A DNA stretch of 64,000 nt from Felis catus (taxonomy: Eukaryota), in NCBI RefSeq assembly GCF_018350175.1, contig NC_058369.1, positions 2,048,001 to 2,112,000 of the forward strand, in the 5' to 3' direction. Position 1 is the stretch's first letter; every line of letters starts with the position of its first letter. The notes under the pieces are model-generated. The model saw only the letters and a list, made by a program, of their open reading frames with translations. It did no database searches and was not told where the DNA came from. A program made the position numbers and the translations under genes. Of this stretch, positions 1 to 13,307 are shown piece after piece.

Positions 1-59
1 TCTTCATCTCAGAGTCATAAGTTCAAGCCCCATATTCATTGGTGTGAACCCTTGGGGAA

Positions 60-3000
60 AAAAAGACATGAAGTATGACATCATACCCATAAAATGTGGG
101 GGAGTATAAATGTGTTTTAGAATGTGTTCAAATAAGCAATTATTAATGTAATACATACTGCTGTATGCACAAGATACTACATATGAACCTCATGGTGACC
201 ATAAACCAAAACCCTATAATCCATGCACAGAAAATAGTGAAAGGTACACAAGCAAAACATTAGGGAAAGTTGTCAGATCACACGAGGAGAGAGCATGAGT
301 AGAAAGGAACAGAGAAGAACTATGAAAGCACTTAGAAAACATTGAACGAAATAGCAAGAAGTACATGCCTCTCAATAGTTACTTTCAGTGTAGGTGGACT
401 GAAGGCTCCAATCAAAAGATCTACAGTGACTGAATGAATAAGAAGAAAAGACCCATGTATATTCTGCCTGCAAGGGAGTCACTGTCACCCAGTGGACACA
501 GACTGAAAGTCAAGCAGATGGAAATAGATTTTCCATGCAAATGGAAGTGGGGGAAAAAGCAGAGGTAGAAATACTTCTATGAGATAAAGCAGACTTCAAA
601 ACAAAGACTGTAATAGACAAAGGCATGACACGATGACAAACAGATCAATCCAACAGGGGGCGTATAACAATTGCATATATCCATGCATCTGACAGGGACA
701 CCTCAATATATAAAGCAAACATTACTAAATACAAAGGCAGAAAATGACAGTAGTACAGTAATTGTGAGAGAATTTAACACTCCACTAATATGAATGCATA
801 GAACGTCTAGACTAATAATCAGTGAGGAAAGAATGGATTTCAATGACACATCAGACCAGATGGACTTAATAGATGTATACAGGACAGTCCATCCCGAACA
901 GTGGAATGCACATTCTTTTCAAGTCTGCATGGAACATTCTGCAGGATAGACCATAGGTTAGGCCCAAAATTTTACAAGTTGCAGTAAATTTAAGAAGACT
1001 GAAACCATACCAAGCATGTTTTCCATGCATAGCAGTATGAAAGTACAAGTCAAGTACAAGAAAACAGAAGGAAGCTCCAACGCATGGAGCCTAAACAGAA
1101 TGCTACTAAACAACAAAGAAATTAAAGTGAAGTTGTTAAATACCTCCAGGTATTCACTGAATGAATGCCGTGATGGAAGATTTTTGGCATGTGTAGCATA
1201 AGCAGTTTGAAGAGGGAAGTGTATAGTGACACAAGCCTACGTCAGGAAACAAGAAAAATCTCAAACATTCTACCATTGCACCTAGAGTAACTAGAAAAAG
1301 AACAAGCAAAGCCCAAATCATAGCGAACAGAGCAGAAATAAATGAGATTTAAAAATAGATCAATTGCAAGAAGAGCTGGTTTTTTGAAAAGATAAAATTG
1401 ACAATATCTGGTGAAAGTAATCAAGAAAACAAGAGAGAAGGCTCAAAATTAGAAATGAAACTAATGAAACTAGAAAGAAAACTTGCAATCAACACCACAG
1501 AAATACAATGGGTTAAAATAGATTAGCATGAGAAATTGTTTGCCAACAAACTGCACAAGCTAGAAGAAATAGACAAGTTTTTAGAAACTGTAATCTGCCA
1601 AGGCTAGATCAAGACGTAATAGAAAATGTAAATACATCCATTACAAGAAACAAAATTGAATTACTAGTGAAACAACTCCTAGGAAAAATCCAGAACCATC
1701 CAGATGGCCTCACAGGTACATTCTACCAAACATAAAGAAGAGTTATACCTATCCTACTCAAACTATTCTCAAAAATAGAGGCGGAAAGAATACTTGCAAG
1801 TTCATTCCATAAGGCCAGCATTACCCTGATACCAAAACCAGACAAAGTCACTACAAAGAGAAAAAAAGTTACACAGGAATATCCCTGTTGAACATAGATG
1901 TCAAATATAAAACAAAATGTTAGCAAACTGAATTCAAAATATATTCAAAGGAGCATTCACCACAATCAAGTGGGATTTATTCCATGGATGCAAGGATTTA
2001 ACATAAGCATATCCATCAACATATGATACACCACACTAATGAGATAAATTATTAAAAATCATGTGATCATCTCCATAGATGTAGAAAATCTTTGGACAAA
2101 ATTGAACCTCCATTCCTCATAAAAACTCTCAAAAAGTGTGTATACAGGGAATATACCTCAACAGAATATAGGCCACATATGACAAACCCATAGCTACCAT
2201 ACTCAGTGGTCAAGAGCCAAAAGTTTTTCCTCTATGATCAGGAACAAAACACGATGTCCACTCTCACCACTTTGATTTAACATAGTACTGGAAGTCCTAA
2301 CCAAACAAGTCAGACAAGATTAAGAAATATGCAAACTGTTAAGGAAGATGAAAATATGGTCAATATTTGCAGATGATTTGAAACTATTTATAGAAAATCC
2401 TTGAAACTTCACCAAGTACTATTAGAACTAGAATCATTGAAAGATACAAAAGTAATAATACCTAAGTCTGTTGTTTTTCTATAATAGCAAAATGGCAGAA
2501 AGAGGAATTAAGAAAGCAATCTCATGTTCAGTTCCTTCAAAAACAAGAAAATATAGTGAATAAATGTACTCAATGAAGTTGAAAGGCCTGTACTCTGAAA
2601 GTATAAGACATTTAATGAATGAATTGAAAATGACACAGTAAGTGGAAAGATATACCATTGTCCTGGATTGTAAGGGTTAATATTGTTAAAAATGCCCCTA
2701 CTATGAAAAGCACTCTACATATTCAATGCAATCCCTATTGACATACTAATAATATTTTTCAAAGAACTAGAGCAAAAATTCTAAAATTTTTATTGAAACA
2801 GTAAAGATTCCAAATAACTAAAGCAATGCTGAGAAAGAAAGCATACCAAAGCTGAAGATACAACAGTCCCAGATTTCAAACTATACTACAAAACTATATG
2901 AAACAAAACAGTATCGTACTGGCACAAAAAGAGACCTATGGATCAAGAGAACAGAAGAGAGTCCAGAAATAAACCCATGCTTATATGGTCAAATCATCCA

Positions 3001-4198
3001 CAAAAAAAGGAGCTGATTGTATACAATGGGAAAAAGACTGTCTCTTCAATAAATGGTGTTAGAAAAATGAGACAGCTACCTGCAAAAGTAAGGCTCGACC
3101 ACCTTCTTATATCATCTCACACAAAAGTAAACTCAGTATGGATTAGATACTTATGTGTAAGACTTGAACCCACATACCTCTTAAGACAAAACAGAGGAGA
3201 TAAACTCATGGACGTCATCAGCCTTGGCAATATTTTTGTGGAATCCTCCCTTCAGGTAAGGGAAACAAAAGGAAAAATAAAAAATGGGATGAGGAACATA
3301 ACAGACATTTTCCTAAAGGAGATATAGAGTTGGCCACTTAGCACATGAAAAGCTGCTCAATAGCACTTTTCGTCAGAGAAATGCAAATCAAAACCACAAT
3401 GAGCTGTCACCTTAAAGCAGCCAGAATGGCTACCTCCAAAAAACACAGGATATAACAAGTATTGGTGAGGATGTGGAGAAAAGGAAACTCATCTTGTTGG
3501 TGGGATTTAAATTGGTGCAGCCACGTTGGAAAACAGTATGGAGCTTCCACAAAAAGCTAAACATAAGTACCATATGGTCCATAATTGCATTTCTGGGTAG
3601 TTCACCCAAGAAAAAACCAGGACAGTAAGATACATGCACCCCCACATTCTTTGTGGCATTAGTCACTATTCTCAAGATATGGAAACAATGCAGGTGTCCA
3701 TCAACAGATGAATGGATAGTGAAGATGTGGTATCTACATACAAGGGACTATCAGCAATATGAAATGGATGAAGTCTTGCAATTTGTGACAACTTGGATGG
3801 GTCTAGAGGGTATTATTCCAAGTAAATAAGACAGAAAGACAAACACTGTCTTTTATATGTGAAATCTAAAGAACATAATGAACGAACAAACAGCAGAAAA
3901 TAAGGATAGACTTAGAACTACAGAGAATAAAATGGTGTTTGTGAGATTGGAAGGGGATGGAGAGACAGGTGAAATCATGGAGGGGATTGAGAAGAACAGA
4001 TTTGCACTTATTGAATAAATAAGGAAGGAAGGAAAAGTGGAGCACAGAGAATATGGTCAATAATTTTATAGTAGTTTTGTATAGTGACAGTAATTATACC
4101 TATTATGGTGAGCACTTTTTAATGTATATAATTGTCCAACCACTATGTTGTACAACTGACAATAGTGTAGATCAATATGCTTCCACTAAAAACAAAAC
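60..4198 (+). mobile_element. Old decayed LINE-1 (spacer, ORF2, 3'UTR), sense to the ZNF77-like gene
   Basis: Endonuclease start near 350 (tcaatagttactttcagtgtaggtggactgaaggctccaatcaaaaga), RT motif tttgcagatgat near 2366, C-terminal ORF2 remnants to ~3850, A-rich end ~4190; many stops and frameshifts. Confidence 0.9.
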
Positions 4199-4888
4199 AC
4201 AGGTATCCATTAGCAATGACCTTGAAGACTATGAATCCATCTTCCAAATTGCTTGATGCCCTTCAAATACTCCCCCCTGCTGAGCTGTTCTCCAGGGACA
4301 GGGCAGTAGCCACACACACCACCCGACCTCCCGTTGGCAGCTGGGACAGTGCAGAAGGCTTCACCAAGGGCCTCTGTGCCTTCAGGACAGACCAGCAACC
4401 CTCAGGTGCACCAGGTGCCAGAGAAGGGAAAAGCATCTGGACACATCCATTAGAAAGGTGACTCAGTCTTTCTTTGAGAAGATGATGTTTGTCATTCACT
4501 TGGCTTCCCTGCCAGACTTTTCATCCATTCTCACCCTCAAAGTGAGCCTTTTGTGTTCCTCTTGTAGGGGTAGGGGTGGATGTGTGTATCTTGCCTAGTT
4601 AGTATCTGATAATAATCTGATAATACTTATCTCCACATTGGTCTCCATATATTTTGAAGTATTGCTGAGTAAAGAGGCTGCCATTTCATACACTCTTCTT
4701 CTTAATGGCAAAGTCCCAAACCACTAGGGTCCCCAGAATTTTTCTGTGGTCACGTGTCCATTCTTCCTGATGAACTTCCTTTACATTTTGGGATCGGTAT
4801 CTGACTGGAAGTCGATGTAAGGTCTATTTCTTATCCTGAAACCTCAGACCATTCCCAAGAAATTAAATTATGCTACTAATTCTTGCAG

Positions 4889-5048
4889 GTTGTCGAAGTC
4901 AAGGTAACACAAGTGCATCAAGGCCTCAGTGGAGCATTTTGCTGAAAACAGGAATATTTACAAGAAAAGATTCGTGTTCTGTTTTTGGAGAAAAGCAGAC
5001 ATTTTGTAGCAGAGGAGATCACCTGCAAACCCAGGAAGGGCATTCAAG
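4889..5048 (+). CDS. ZNF77: ZNF77-like KRAB-ZNF gene, spacer exon (exon 3 equivalent)
   Basis: Acceptor cttgcag|GT (phase 1), donor AG|gtgact (phase 2); peptide FTRKDSCSVFGEKQTFCSRGDHLQTQEGHSR resembles ZNF77 exon 3; splices in frame to 5694. Confidence 0.75.
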
Positions 5049-5171
5049 GTGACTGACACTTGCATGGGAGGAACGGGGATGTTGGCGATTATGAGACTAG
5101 AAATTAAAGAACAGCTGTAAGCCTAGCACAACAATTGTGTAGTCGGAATTTTCACAAGACAGAGTTTTTTG

Positions 5172-5388
5172 TTTTTAAAAAAATTTTTTTTAATGTTTAT
5201 TTTTGAGAGAGAGAGAGACAAAGCATGAGTGGGGGAGGAATAGAGAGAGAGGGAGACACGGAATCCAAAGCAGGCTCCAGGCTCTGAGCTGTCAGCACAG
5301 CCCGACACGAGGCTCAAACCCACAAACTGTGGGATCGTGACCTGAGCTGAAGTCGGATGCTGAACCGACTGAGCCACCCAGGCGCCCC
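5172..5388 (-). mobile_element. Can-SINE (SINEC_Fc type)
   Basis: Reverse tRNA-derived head, (GA)n tract, poly-T; TSD cacaagaca(g/a)agttttt. Confidence 0.95.
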
Positions 5389-5693
5389 ACAAGACAAAGT
5401 TTTTATAAATGCATTGTAGATACTGATCATCTGTAAAACAATTCAGTTGGGAAGAATGATCAGGGAAAACTATATGTAAGAAGCCCAGAAAGTTATGACT
5501 TTGAGTCCTTAGCCAGAGCAGTAAGCTTGTACCACTTTGTAAGCATGGAGACAGTGCCACAAACATACCCATTCATTGACAATGGCCATTAGGTAGTCCA
5601 ATAATGATTAACAAACATCAATATATCATTAATTAATAAAGAGATCGCTTATAAGCATTATTCCCTAACCATGTGCCTTCCTATTTTGAACAG

Positions 5694-6963
5694 AAGTCCT
5701 TTGGTGGAGAGTGTTTGTGAACGTATTGAAGGAGATCCATGTGGAGAAACCCTGAACCCGATTACAAGTCTTACTGTGCATGAGGGTTATCCTACTAGAG
5801 GCAAATCCTGTCAACATGCTAAGCGTAGAGAAGCCTTCGCAGATGGTTCCTTCCTTGGGAAGCCAAGAGGATCTCACCCAGGACTCAAACTTAGTCCCGG
5901 TGAGGAGTGTGGGCTAGCCTGCAGCTGCGTCGTGAGCCTCAGCGCTCACACGGATACAGACCTTATAGAGGAACCCTATGAAAGTCAGGACACTGGGAGA
6001 GTATCTAAGACATCGAAGAGGCTCAGTAGTAAAAAATCTCTAGAGTGCAAGAAATGTGGAAAAGCTTTCACTCGCACGTCTTCCTTTCAGGGCCATGTGC
6101 GAGGTGACTGTGGAAAGAGAGTCCATGCGTGTGATGTGTGTGGGAAAGTCTTCAGGTATAACTCAAGCCTGCGGACACATAAGAAAACACACACTGGGGA
6201 GAAGTCCTATGAATGTCAGCACTGTGGGAAAGCCCTCTCTGGTCGCAGTGCCCTTGTAAGACATGTGAGAACACACACAGGGGACAGACCCTATGAATGT
6301 AAGGAATGTGGGAAATCTTTTTGGAATTGTGGACATTTTAATCGGCACATGACCATGCACAGTATGGTGAAACCCTGTGAATGTAAGCAGTGTGGCAGAG
6401 CCTTCCGGGATCAGACAGATCTGCGAATCCATATGAGGACACACACGGGGGAAAGACCCTTTGAATGTCAGCAATGTGGGAAAGCCTTCAGATATCTTGG
6501 AAATCTGCGAGAACATATGCGGACACACACGGGGGAGAGACCCTATGAATGTCAGGAGTGTGGGAAAACCTTCAGGTACAACTCAAGTCTGCAAGCTCAT
6601 GTGAGGACACACACTGGGGAGAGACCCTATAAATGTCAGCACTGTGGAAAAGCCTTCATTCGACACCACACCCTCGTACTACATACTGCGAGAAGACACT
6701 CAGTGGGCGGACACTTGGAATGTAAGGAGTGTGGGGAAACTTTCAGGAAGCATCGACCTTTTGAACGTCACATGACCACACACAATGTAGTGAAACCCTA
6801 TGAATGCGAGGAGTGTGGCAAAGCCTTCAGGTATCACAGAGACCTACAAATACATGCGCGGACACACACTGGGGAGAGACCCTATAAATGTCAGCACTGC
6901 GAGAAAGCCTTCACCTCCTCTGAGAACCTGCGAGTACACGTTAGGACACACACTAGAAAGTGA
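5694..6963 (+). CDS. ZNF77: ZNF77-like C2H2 zinc-finger exon (10 canonical fingers plus 1 degenerate)
   Basis: Acceptor ttttgaacag|A; open frame with HTGE(K/R)PYEC linkers; LSSKKSLECKKCGKAF..SSFQGHV..HAC.VCGK matches recalled ZNF77 (could be a paralog); stop TGA 6961-6963; KRAB-A exon not in window. Confidence 0.85.
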
Positions 6964-7370
6964 CCCTATGAATGTCAGCAGTGTGGGAGGGCCCTCAAGT
7001 GTCCATCACACCTGGAAACACACACGTGGACACACACTGGGGAGAGACACCATGATTTTAAGGAGTGTGGACAAACTTTCCAGAAGCGTGAACATTTCAA
7101 ACGTCACTCGAACACGCACAGTGCAATGAAACTGAATAAGCAGTGTGGCCTCCTGGGATCACACACATCTGCAGGTACATATGAGAACACACACTGGGGA
7201 AACTTTGTAAATGTCTGCTCTGTGGGAAAGCCTTCGTTTGTCTCTCTTCCCTTCAAGGACACACGGGCAAGCACAGTGACGTGAAACCCTGTGAACTTCA
7301 GCACCGTGGAAAAGCCTTCAGGTATCCCAGGAATCTGTGAGCACAGACACACTGTGGGAAAGCATTTATT
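6964..7370 (+). pseudogene. Degenerate zinc fingers left in the 3'UTR after the stop
   Basis: In-frame continuation PYECQQCGRALKCPSHLETHTWTHTGERHHDFKECGQTF..., then deleted or frameshifted finger remnants. Confidence 0.85.
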
Positions 7371-7735
7371 CTCCCTTAAAATTTTATTGGGAATGTGAGC
7401 CAACACACTGGAGATGATCCTGAACAAACAAGATTTTGGGAAAACATCAGGTATAGAACTTGATGTATTTTGTTCACAAAAATTCCGGCAGGACAGAAAT
7501 CTTTTCATTGTTATGAATATGACTTTGTCTTTCAAAGTGCCTCTTCCTTAATGGGGATCCCAAATGTATGAATTCCTAGTTCATGTCACTGATATGAATG
7601 CTAATGGTTTTAAGTGGCCTTCTTTCTCCTCTGCATCTGTACAACATAGATGTTGTTGTCTCAGATTTCAAGTAATCACACTGTTATGCACAACATGTCT
7701 CCTTTCCATTAGTATATACCCAGGAGTGAGAAGAG

Positions 7736-7755
7736 AGTGTGTGTGTGTGTGTGTG
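7736..7755. repeat. (GT)n microsatellite
   Basis: gtgtgtgtgtgtgtgtgtg run. Confidence 0.85.
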
Positions 7756-7959
7756 GCAGTGTGTGTACAACTTTATATAATTATAGAAAAAGATTTCTTT
7801 AATTTCACCTTGCAGAATGTTTCTAGTATATGATCACAACATGTAGACTTCTATTGTTGAAAGTTCTGTTCTCTGTTGCAGATACTGGAATTTCCTGAGT
7901 CAGTACCTACTCTTCTATTCAATCCTTATTATTAAAGGATATATTTTCACATCAGTTCT

Positions 7960-8146
7960 CTTTTTTTTTTTTTTTGTTATTTATTTGTTTTGAGAGAGTG
8001 GGGGAGGGGCAGAGAGAATTCCAAGCAGGCTCCACACTGTCCACATGCAACCCGATGCAGGGCTTGATCCCACGAATTGCAAGATCATGACCTGAGTGGA
8101 AGTCAAGAGTCAGATGTTTAACTGCCTGAGTCACCCAGGTGCCCCG
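7960..8146 (-). mobile_element. Can-SINE
   Basis: Reverse SINE head ending ccaggtgcccc; TSD agttctct. Confidence 0.9.
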
Positions 8147-8199
8147 AGTTCTCTCTTTTTATTGAATGGACAATTGGTAAACTTCCAATATTGTTTCTT

Positions 8200-9500
8200 T
8201 TTTTTGGGACTAATTTTTGGTGTCAGTCAATTTTGTGCCAAGTTGTGACTTTGCACCATGACTCAGGTTTGCCCGTTTGTTTCCATGAGCAGTGATTGTG
8301 GTGGAAATCCTTATGAGGTGCTTTCCTCTGGCCCCCAGGACATAATACCTGGGGTGCCTAGTACCCCTGATATCAGCCAGATCAGCTGGCCAAAATATAG
8401 CATCTGATAAATTTTGGACCTAGGAACCTCTTCAGTTTTATCCCCATTGGAGATAAAAACACCTCATTGTTTCCATAATATTCCAGAGTCCTGAGGTACC
8501 CCAAGTGTGTATCAACTATCGGGCTAAATGTTTTTGGTTTTGCCCGTGGCTAAGGCATATGGCCGAGTAGCAGTTTGTAACTCCTACTACTGGGCTGGAT
8601 GTGAAAGGGAAAGCATTGCTGCTCTAGTACCTTTTAAAAAAGGTCTTGCAGGCTGGCTGGCTCAGTCAGTGGAGTGGGCAACTCTTGCCCTTAGAGTTGT
8701 GGGTTCCATCCCCATACTGGCTGTCAAGATAGTTTTAAAAAATGATACGATGTTATTTAAAAAACAAAAAAGATTTCCGATAGTACACCCAAGCTAATAT
8801 TTACCACTTTCATCCTATTTAAAAGACCTATCCGTAAACTATGAAAAGTCTTCATTGTTCAGAGGAGTGACGTGTAAAATGCCACCAATCAAAAGGAGAC
8901 GTGTCGGCGATCTGCAGTCCTGAGGAGGTTTGTCTGGATCCGAATGTAGTCTCTTTCCTCAAGGCATTTGATGACTGGGATCTCCTAAAACCCCTAAAAG
9001 CCACAGTTTCCCGCAAACTGGCTGGTTTCAAAAGGCCATGATCCAAAGGCCTGCACAGGTCCAGGTAGGAAGAGTCTGAGTCCGCACAGGAGTAGGACTG
9101 AAAGCACACTTCTAACGGGTGCGGTTTCTGACCCCAAAGTGACGTTAATTTTAAGTGTCTATTATTTTACAAGCAAAAACGAGTTTATTGGGAGTAGCAA
9201 GGATTGCAAATCAGGACAGGCAAGAAATGGCCAATCCATGGGCAAGTCCAGAGAAGAAAGGAGAGGATGCTCTTTTATAGGAAATGGGGAGAGTTGGGAG
9301 TGGTTGTGGTAAAGAAAAAGTCCATTGGGACAAACTGGGGGTTTGAAGATGGTGCCTTCTCATTGGCTGGTCTATGACCACCTCTCAGTGGTGGAGCTGT
9401 GATGGCGTGTCATCAGCTGGGCTGTGAGTGTCCTGCTCAAAAGTATGGGAGGAGGAGCCAGACACATGCATCTTTCCTACTTGTCTGTGAACGACTAGAA
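8200..9500 (-). mobile_element. ERV1 (gamma-like) remnant: LTR ~9150-9490, degenerate PBS ~9125-9145, RNase H remnant 8300-8630
   Basis: Minus-strand translation gives AQ**ELQTATRPYALATGKTKNI*PDS*YTLGV..GILWKQ*GVF (retroviral RNase H); LTR resembles 20390-20730. Confidence 0.7.
8643..8770 (+). mobile_element. Short old Can-SINE inside the ERV1 remnant
   Basis: tggctggctcagtcagtggag A-box, B-box-like ggttccatccc, A-rich tail. Confidence 0.7.
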
Positions 9501-11308
9501 GAAACAGTGTTGTTGATGAGGTGAGTCTAGTGGTGGTGGGAATGAGTTCTCCTATGGAGCTCCAGGCGTAACTGCTAATATCTGGAAACGCATCTTTCCA
9601 ATGTTTGTTGTCCAAAATAGCTCTGAGATGTTTACTTGAAAATCGATACCAGAATGAAAACCTGTACTTCCTCCCTGCTAGAAATTGTGCTGAAAAGGAT
9701 GTTTCTTCCCACGAAGGATGGGTAATTGATTGGTATTGCTTCACTCAGAGGTGTTTCCTTATTTCCAGTGGAGGAAAAATGGGCCAGGCCTTTCCCTTTT
9801 CCTTCAGACCACTCATGCTTCTGTTGGTCCGCCCCCATTTGACACAGATCAGTTTCTATCTCTGTGTCACATGGCCTCCAGGGATGATGCCCTGGTCCTG
9901 GGCGTGGTGGGAGTCTGGTTGTATTTCGGGTGGAGTTGGGCTTCATGTCTGAGATGATGTGTGAGGTGAGCAGTCCCACGGGGGCTTGGGGAAGGAAATG
10001 GTAAAGGGAATGTTCAGCAATGTGGTAGTTTAAATGGAAAATCAAGGTATCTGTACAGTGTTTGCAGAGAGGAATGCTTATGTCTAGTCATTCCAACCAC
10101 TGTCAGAATGGGCCTTCCTCTCTGCTGTCCTCAGTTCACCAATCGATACGACCACTGGTCACGTGGATACCACACACTAATAAGGCTCAGATATAGCTGC
10201 GCTGAACTAGGACAGCATGGAAGCCGTGGATCAGAACCACGCTTCTGTTTCATCACCGGTGGAAAAGAGTTCAAGCTGGACATTCCATGCAACTCTCTTT
10301 TTCTTAGCAGACCCATGACATCATTGTCACACTGGCTTATAAGTTGTTAGCCCTTCTGCATACCCAGTGGCAGTTTTCCTTCTGAAGCTGGAGTTCTATT
10401 CTTTGTAGTGCCTTCAGATTCTGAGAAGTTTTGCTGGGATGCCCATTGATGTCTGTAGGCTGTGACTCTGCACGTGTTCTGTGTGCCTTTAGCGGTAGCC
10501 AGTTCGTGTGACCAACCCAGGTGCACAGAAAGGCCCAGGATAATCGTGTATTATGATCACATCCTAGGACAGTCAGTGCATGTAAAGAGGGGGTGACACT
10601 GGGGAGCACCACGGGGGTGAGCGAGCAGAGCAAGAGGGTGGGCGGCCATGAGCACGAGGCCATGTGGGCAAGTGTCTGCAGTGCCTGGATCGGCATGGAA
10701 CATCACTGTGTGCTCTGAGCCAACGGTGTGGGACATGAGGGAGGCTCATTACTTATTACCTGACAGTATAGAATCTGGGAAAGAAGGCTCAGTTTCAGTG
10801 ACCATCCTGAGTGCTTCCTTTCTTCTTGTGTCCTCTGGAAAATCACCTGCATTTGTAGGCCTCAGGCAACTCAGACAAGGAGATAAAAAATATCTATCTT
10901 ACAGATTTTGCTCAGGGGAAACTGGATTTATATATGTTGGTGGAGTTCCTTTATGGAAGGAACACACTGCCGGGTATGAGTAAGCAGCAGGTCAAGTGTT
11001 CACACAGTCAGCGACAATGGCAGTCATAGCCTCAGACACGGAAGCCGGCCCGGCACTCAGTACTGGGCTGTGACATTCTCTCACTGAGCAGAAACCATTC
11101 ACCCACCTGTCCTCGGACGAGGCACTTCCTTGTCTGTGATGTGTCGAGGCACAGGAAGACCATGTTATGGTCATGTCTATAAAAGGCTTGAAAATAGAGT
11201 CCAGTCCATAAAACTCACCAAATATTCCCTGCTTCTTGCTGATGTGCTGGCTGCCTCTTTATTCATAGTTTGAGCTGCACTGCATTCTTTTTTCTAGATA
11301 AGAACTGT

Positions 11309-11722
11309 GGGGGCACCTGGGTGGTTCAGTCAGTTCAGCATCCGGGTCTTGATTTTGGCTGAGGACGTGATTTCATGGTTCATGAGATCGAGCCCCACGG
11401 TGGGCTCTCTGCTGATAGCGTGGAGCCTGCTTGGGATTCTCTCTCTTCCTCTCTCTCTGCCCCTCCCCTGCTCTCTTTTTCTCTCTCAAAATATTGTTTT
11501 TAAATTTATTAATTATTTTTGAGAGAGGGCAAGCAAGGGAGTGGCAGAGAGAGAGAGGGTGACAGAGAATTGGAAGCAGGCTCCATGCTGACAACAGAGA
11601 GACAGCCCCATGTGGGGCTCAAACTCAAGACCCATGAGATCATAACCTGAGCCAAAGTGGGATGCTTAACCAACTGAGCCACCCAAGTGCACCAATAAAT
11701 AAACATTTTCAAAAAAAAAAAA
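11309..11722 (+). mobile_element. Can-SINE (+) with an inverted Can-SINE (~11497-11692, -) in its tail
   Basis: ggggcacctgggtgg head, CT tract, reverse SINE, A tail; outer TSD ataagaact. Confidence 0.9.
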
Positions 11723-12434
11723 CATAAGAACTATGACAATTTTTCAATGATAAATTTACACGTACCTCCTGATGGTATCTGGATTAGACAGCACCCAGTC
11801 CAGAGTAAAGGAGAACATCCCACACACATCATCCATCACATGTCTGAATGTGACATGTCAGAACACATCCTCACGCGGCTCATGTCACAGTGTGTCCCTC
11901 ACACTGACACCTCTACCCTCCTTCATGAGTTGTGGTCATTTGATGCGCTAATCCAGGATGATTCTCTCTGACTACAGGTGTGGTCCTGGTGGTCTTTGGC
12001 TCAGGGCATCGACAAAGTCATTATCTTAGTCTTATTAATGTACTACAATCATGTTAATCACAAAAGTCTTAATAGATAAGAATTTTAAAAATTGATTCAT
12101 AAGGAAAAAATTCATGAGGTCATATGTAGCTGGTACTATGACTAAGCATGTATGAGAATATGGACAAGAATTGTCTTGAAAAACTGCAAGGCTGATTTGA
12201 CAACCCATAAATGTAAACAGATAAAATATCATTTTTATATATAAGTCTCACCAGTGAAAAGTAAACAGGGTGTCATTTTGTTGCTATACAAGTTCTATTT
12301 AATTAAAATATCAGGGATATATATTTAGGAGGTTGGTGGGAATAGGAAAGTGGAAGACTAAAATAACAATTTCAGGTAACACTGGAAGTTGATAAATTCA
12401 TGACAAGGTATATGCAGTACAAACACATACTCTG

Positions 12435-13080
12435 GGTTCAGTATTGTACACCCTAAATTTCATGTCCACGTGGAACCTCAGAATACAACCTTCTCTAGAA
12501 ATAAGTAGTTCAGGGGCACCTGGGTGGCTCAGTTGGTTCGGCATCCAACTTTGGCTCACGGTTCGTGGGTTCAAGCCCCCCATCGGGCTCTGTGCTGACA
12601 GCTCAGAGCCTGGGGCCTGCTTCAGATTCTGTGTTCCACACCCCCTCTCTGCCCCCATCCCTGCTTGTGCTCTTTCAAAAATGAATAAAAACATGAAAAG
12701 ATTTTTTTTTAAAGAAAAATAAGGTGTTTGCACATGTAAGGAAGATGAGGCCACACTGGATCAGGGTAGGTCTTGACCCAATGATGGGTGTCCTTATAAA
12801 ACTGGGAGATTTGGACACAGAGGCCTGCACTGAAGACAGGGCTTGACCATGTGAGACACCAGCAGGGATTGGCATGATGTGTCTACCCCCTCAAGGAATG
12901 CAAAGGGTTGTGGGCAACCCCCAGAAGCTGGGAGGGAGGCCTGGGACAGTTTGTCCTTCAGAGCCTCCAGAAGGAACCAACCTTGAAAGACATCTTGATC
13001 TCAGGCTTCCACAGCCTCAGTTGTGACACCACAAATGTCTGTCTGATGCTGTGTTATGGCAGCCCCAGGAGACGAATGCA
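12435..13080 (+). mobile_element. MLT1-type MaLR LTR interrupted by a Can-SINE (12512-12718, +)
   Basis: ggtgtccttataaaa...ggacacagag; cagagcctccagaaggaaccaacc; gttatggcagccccagga...aatgca end. Confidence 0.8.
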
Positions 13081-13307
13081 TTCTGAAGGACGGAGGGGAC
13101 CTCGGATATCTGAAGGACACCAGAGGCCACTGTGCCCCCAGCAGAGTGAGGGGGGAGGAGGAACAGCAGATGTGAGAGGAGAGGATGGGGTGGGTTGAAT
13201 GTGCTGGTCAGTCAAGAAGACGGACTTTGGTGGTGGGTAAGTTGATCAGGCACCCGCAGAGGATCCTTCTGTTACCATGACAACAGATAGTAGGATGGTG
13301 ATTTCTC

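Noticed and set aside
5671..5693. ATG at 5671 as the ZNF start codon
   Set aside because: It lies in the intron's acceptor region; the exon begins at 5694
6056..7129. Alternative-frame and antisense ORFs over the zinc fingers
   Set aside because: Shadow ORFs typical of C2H2 repeat DNA
5900..7370. 84-bp periodicity as a CRISPR-like array
   Set aside because: It is the zinc-finger coding repeat in a eukaryotic genome
9500..11300. Several 100-137 aa ORFs in unique-looking sequence
   Set aside because: No recognisable protein similarity or consistent exon structure; left unannotated
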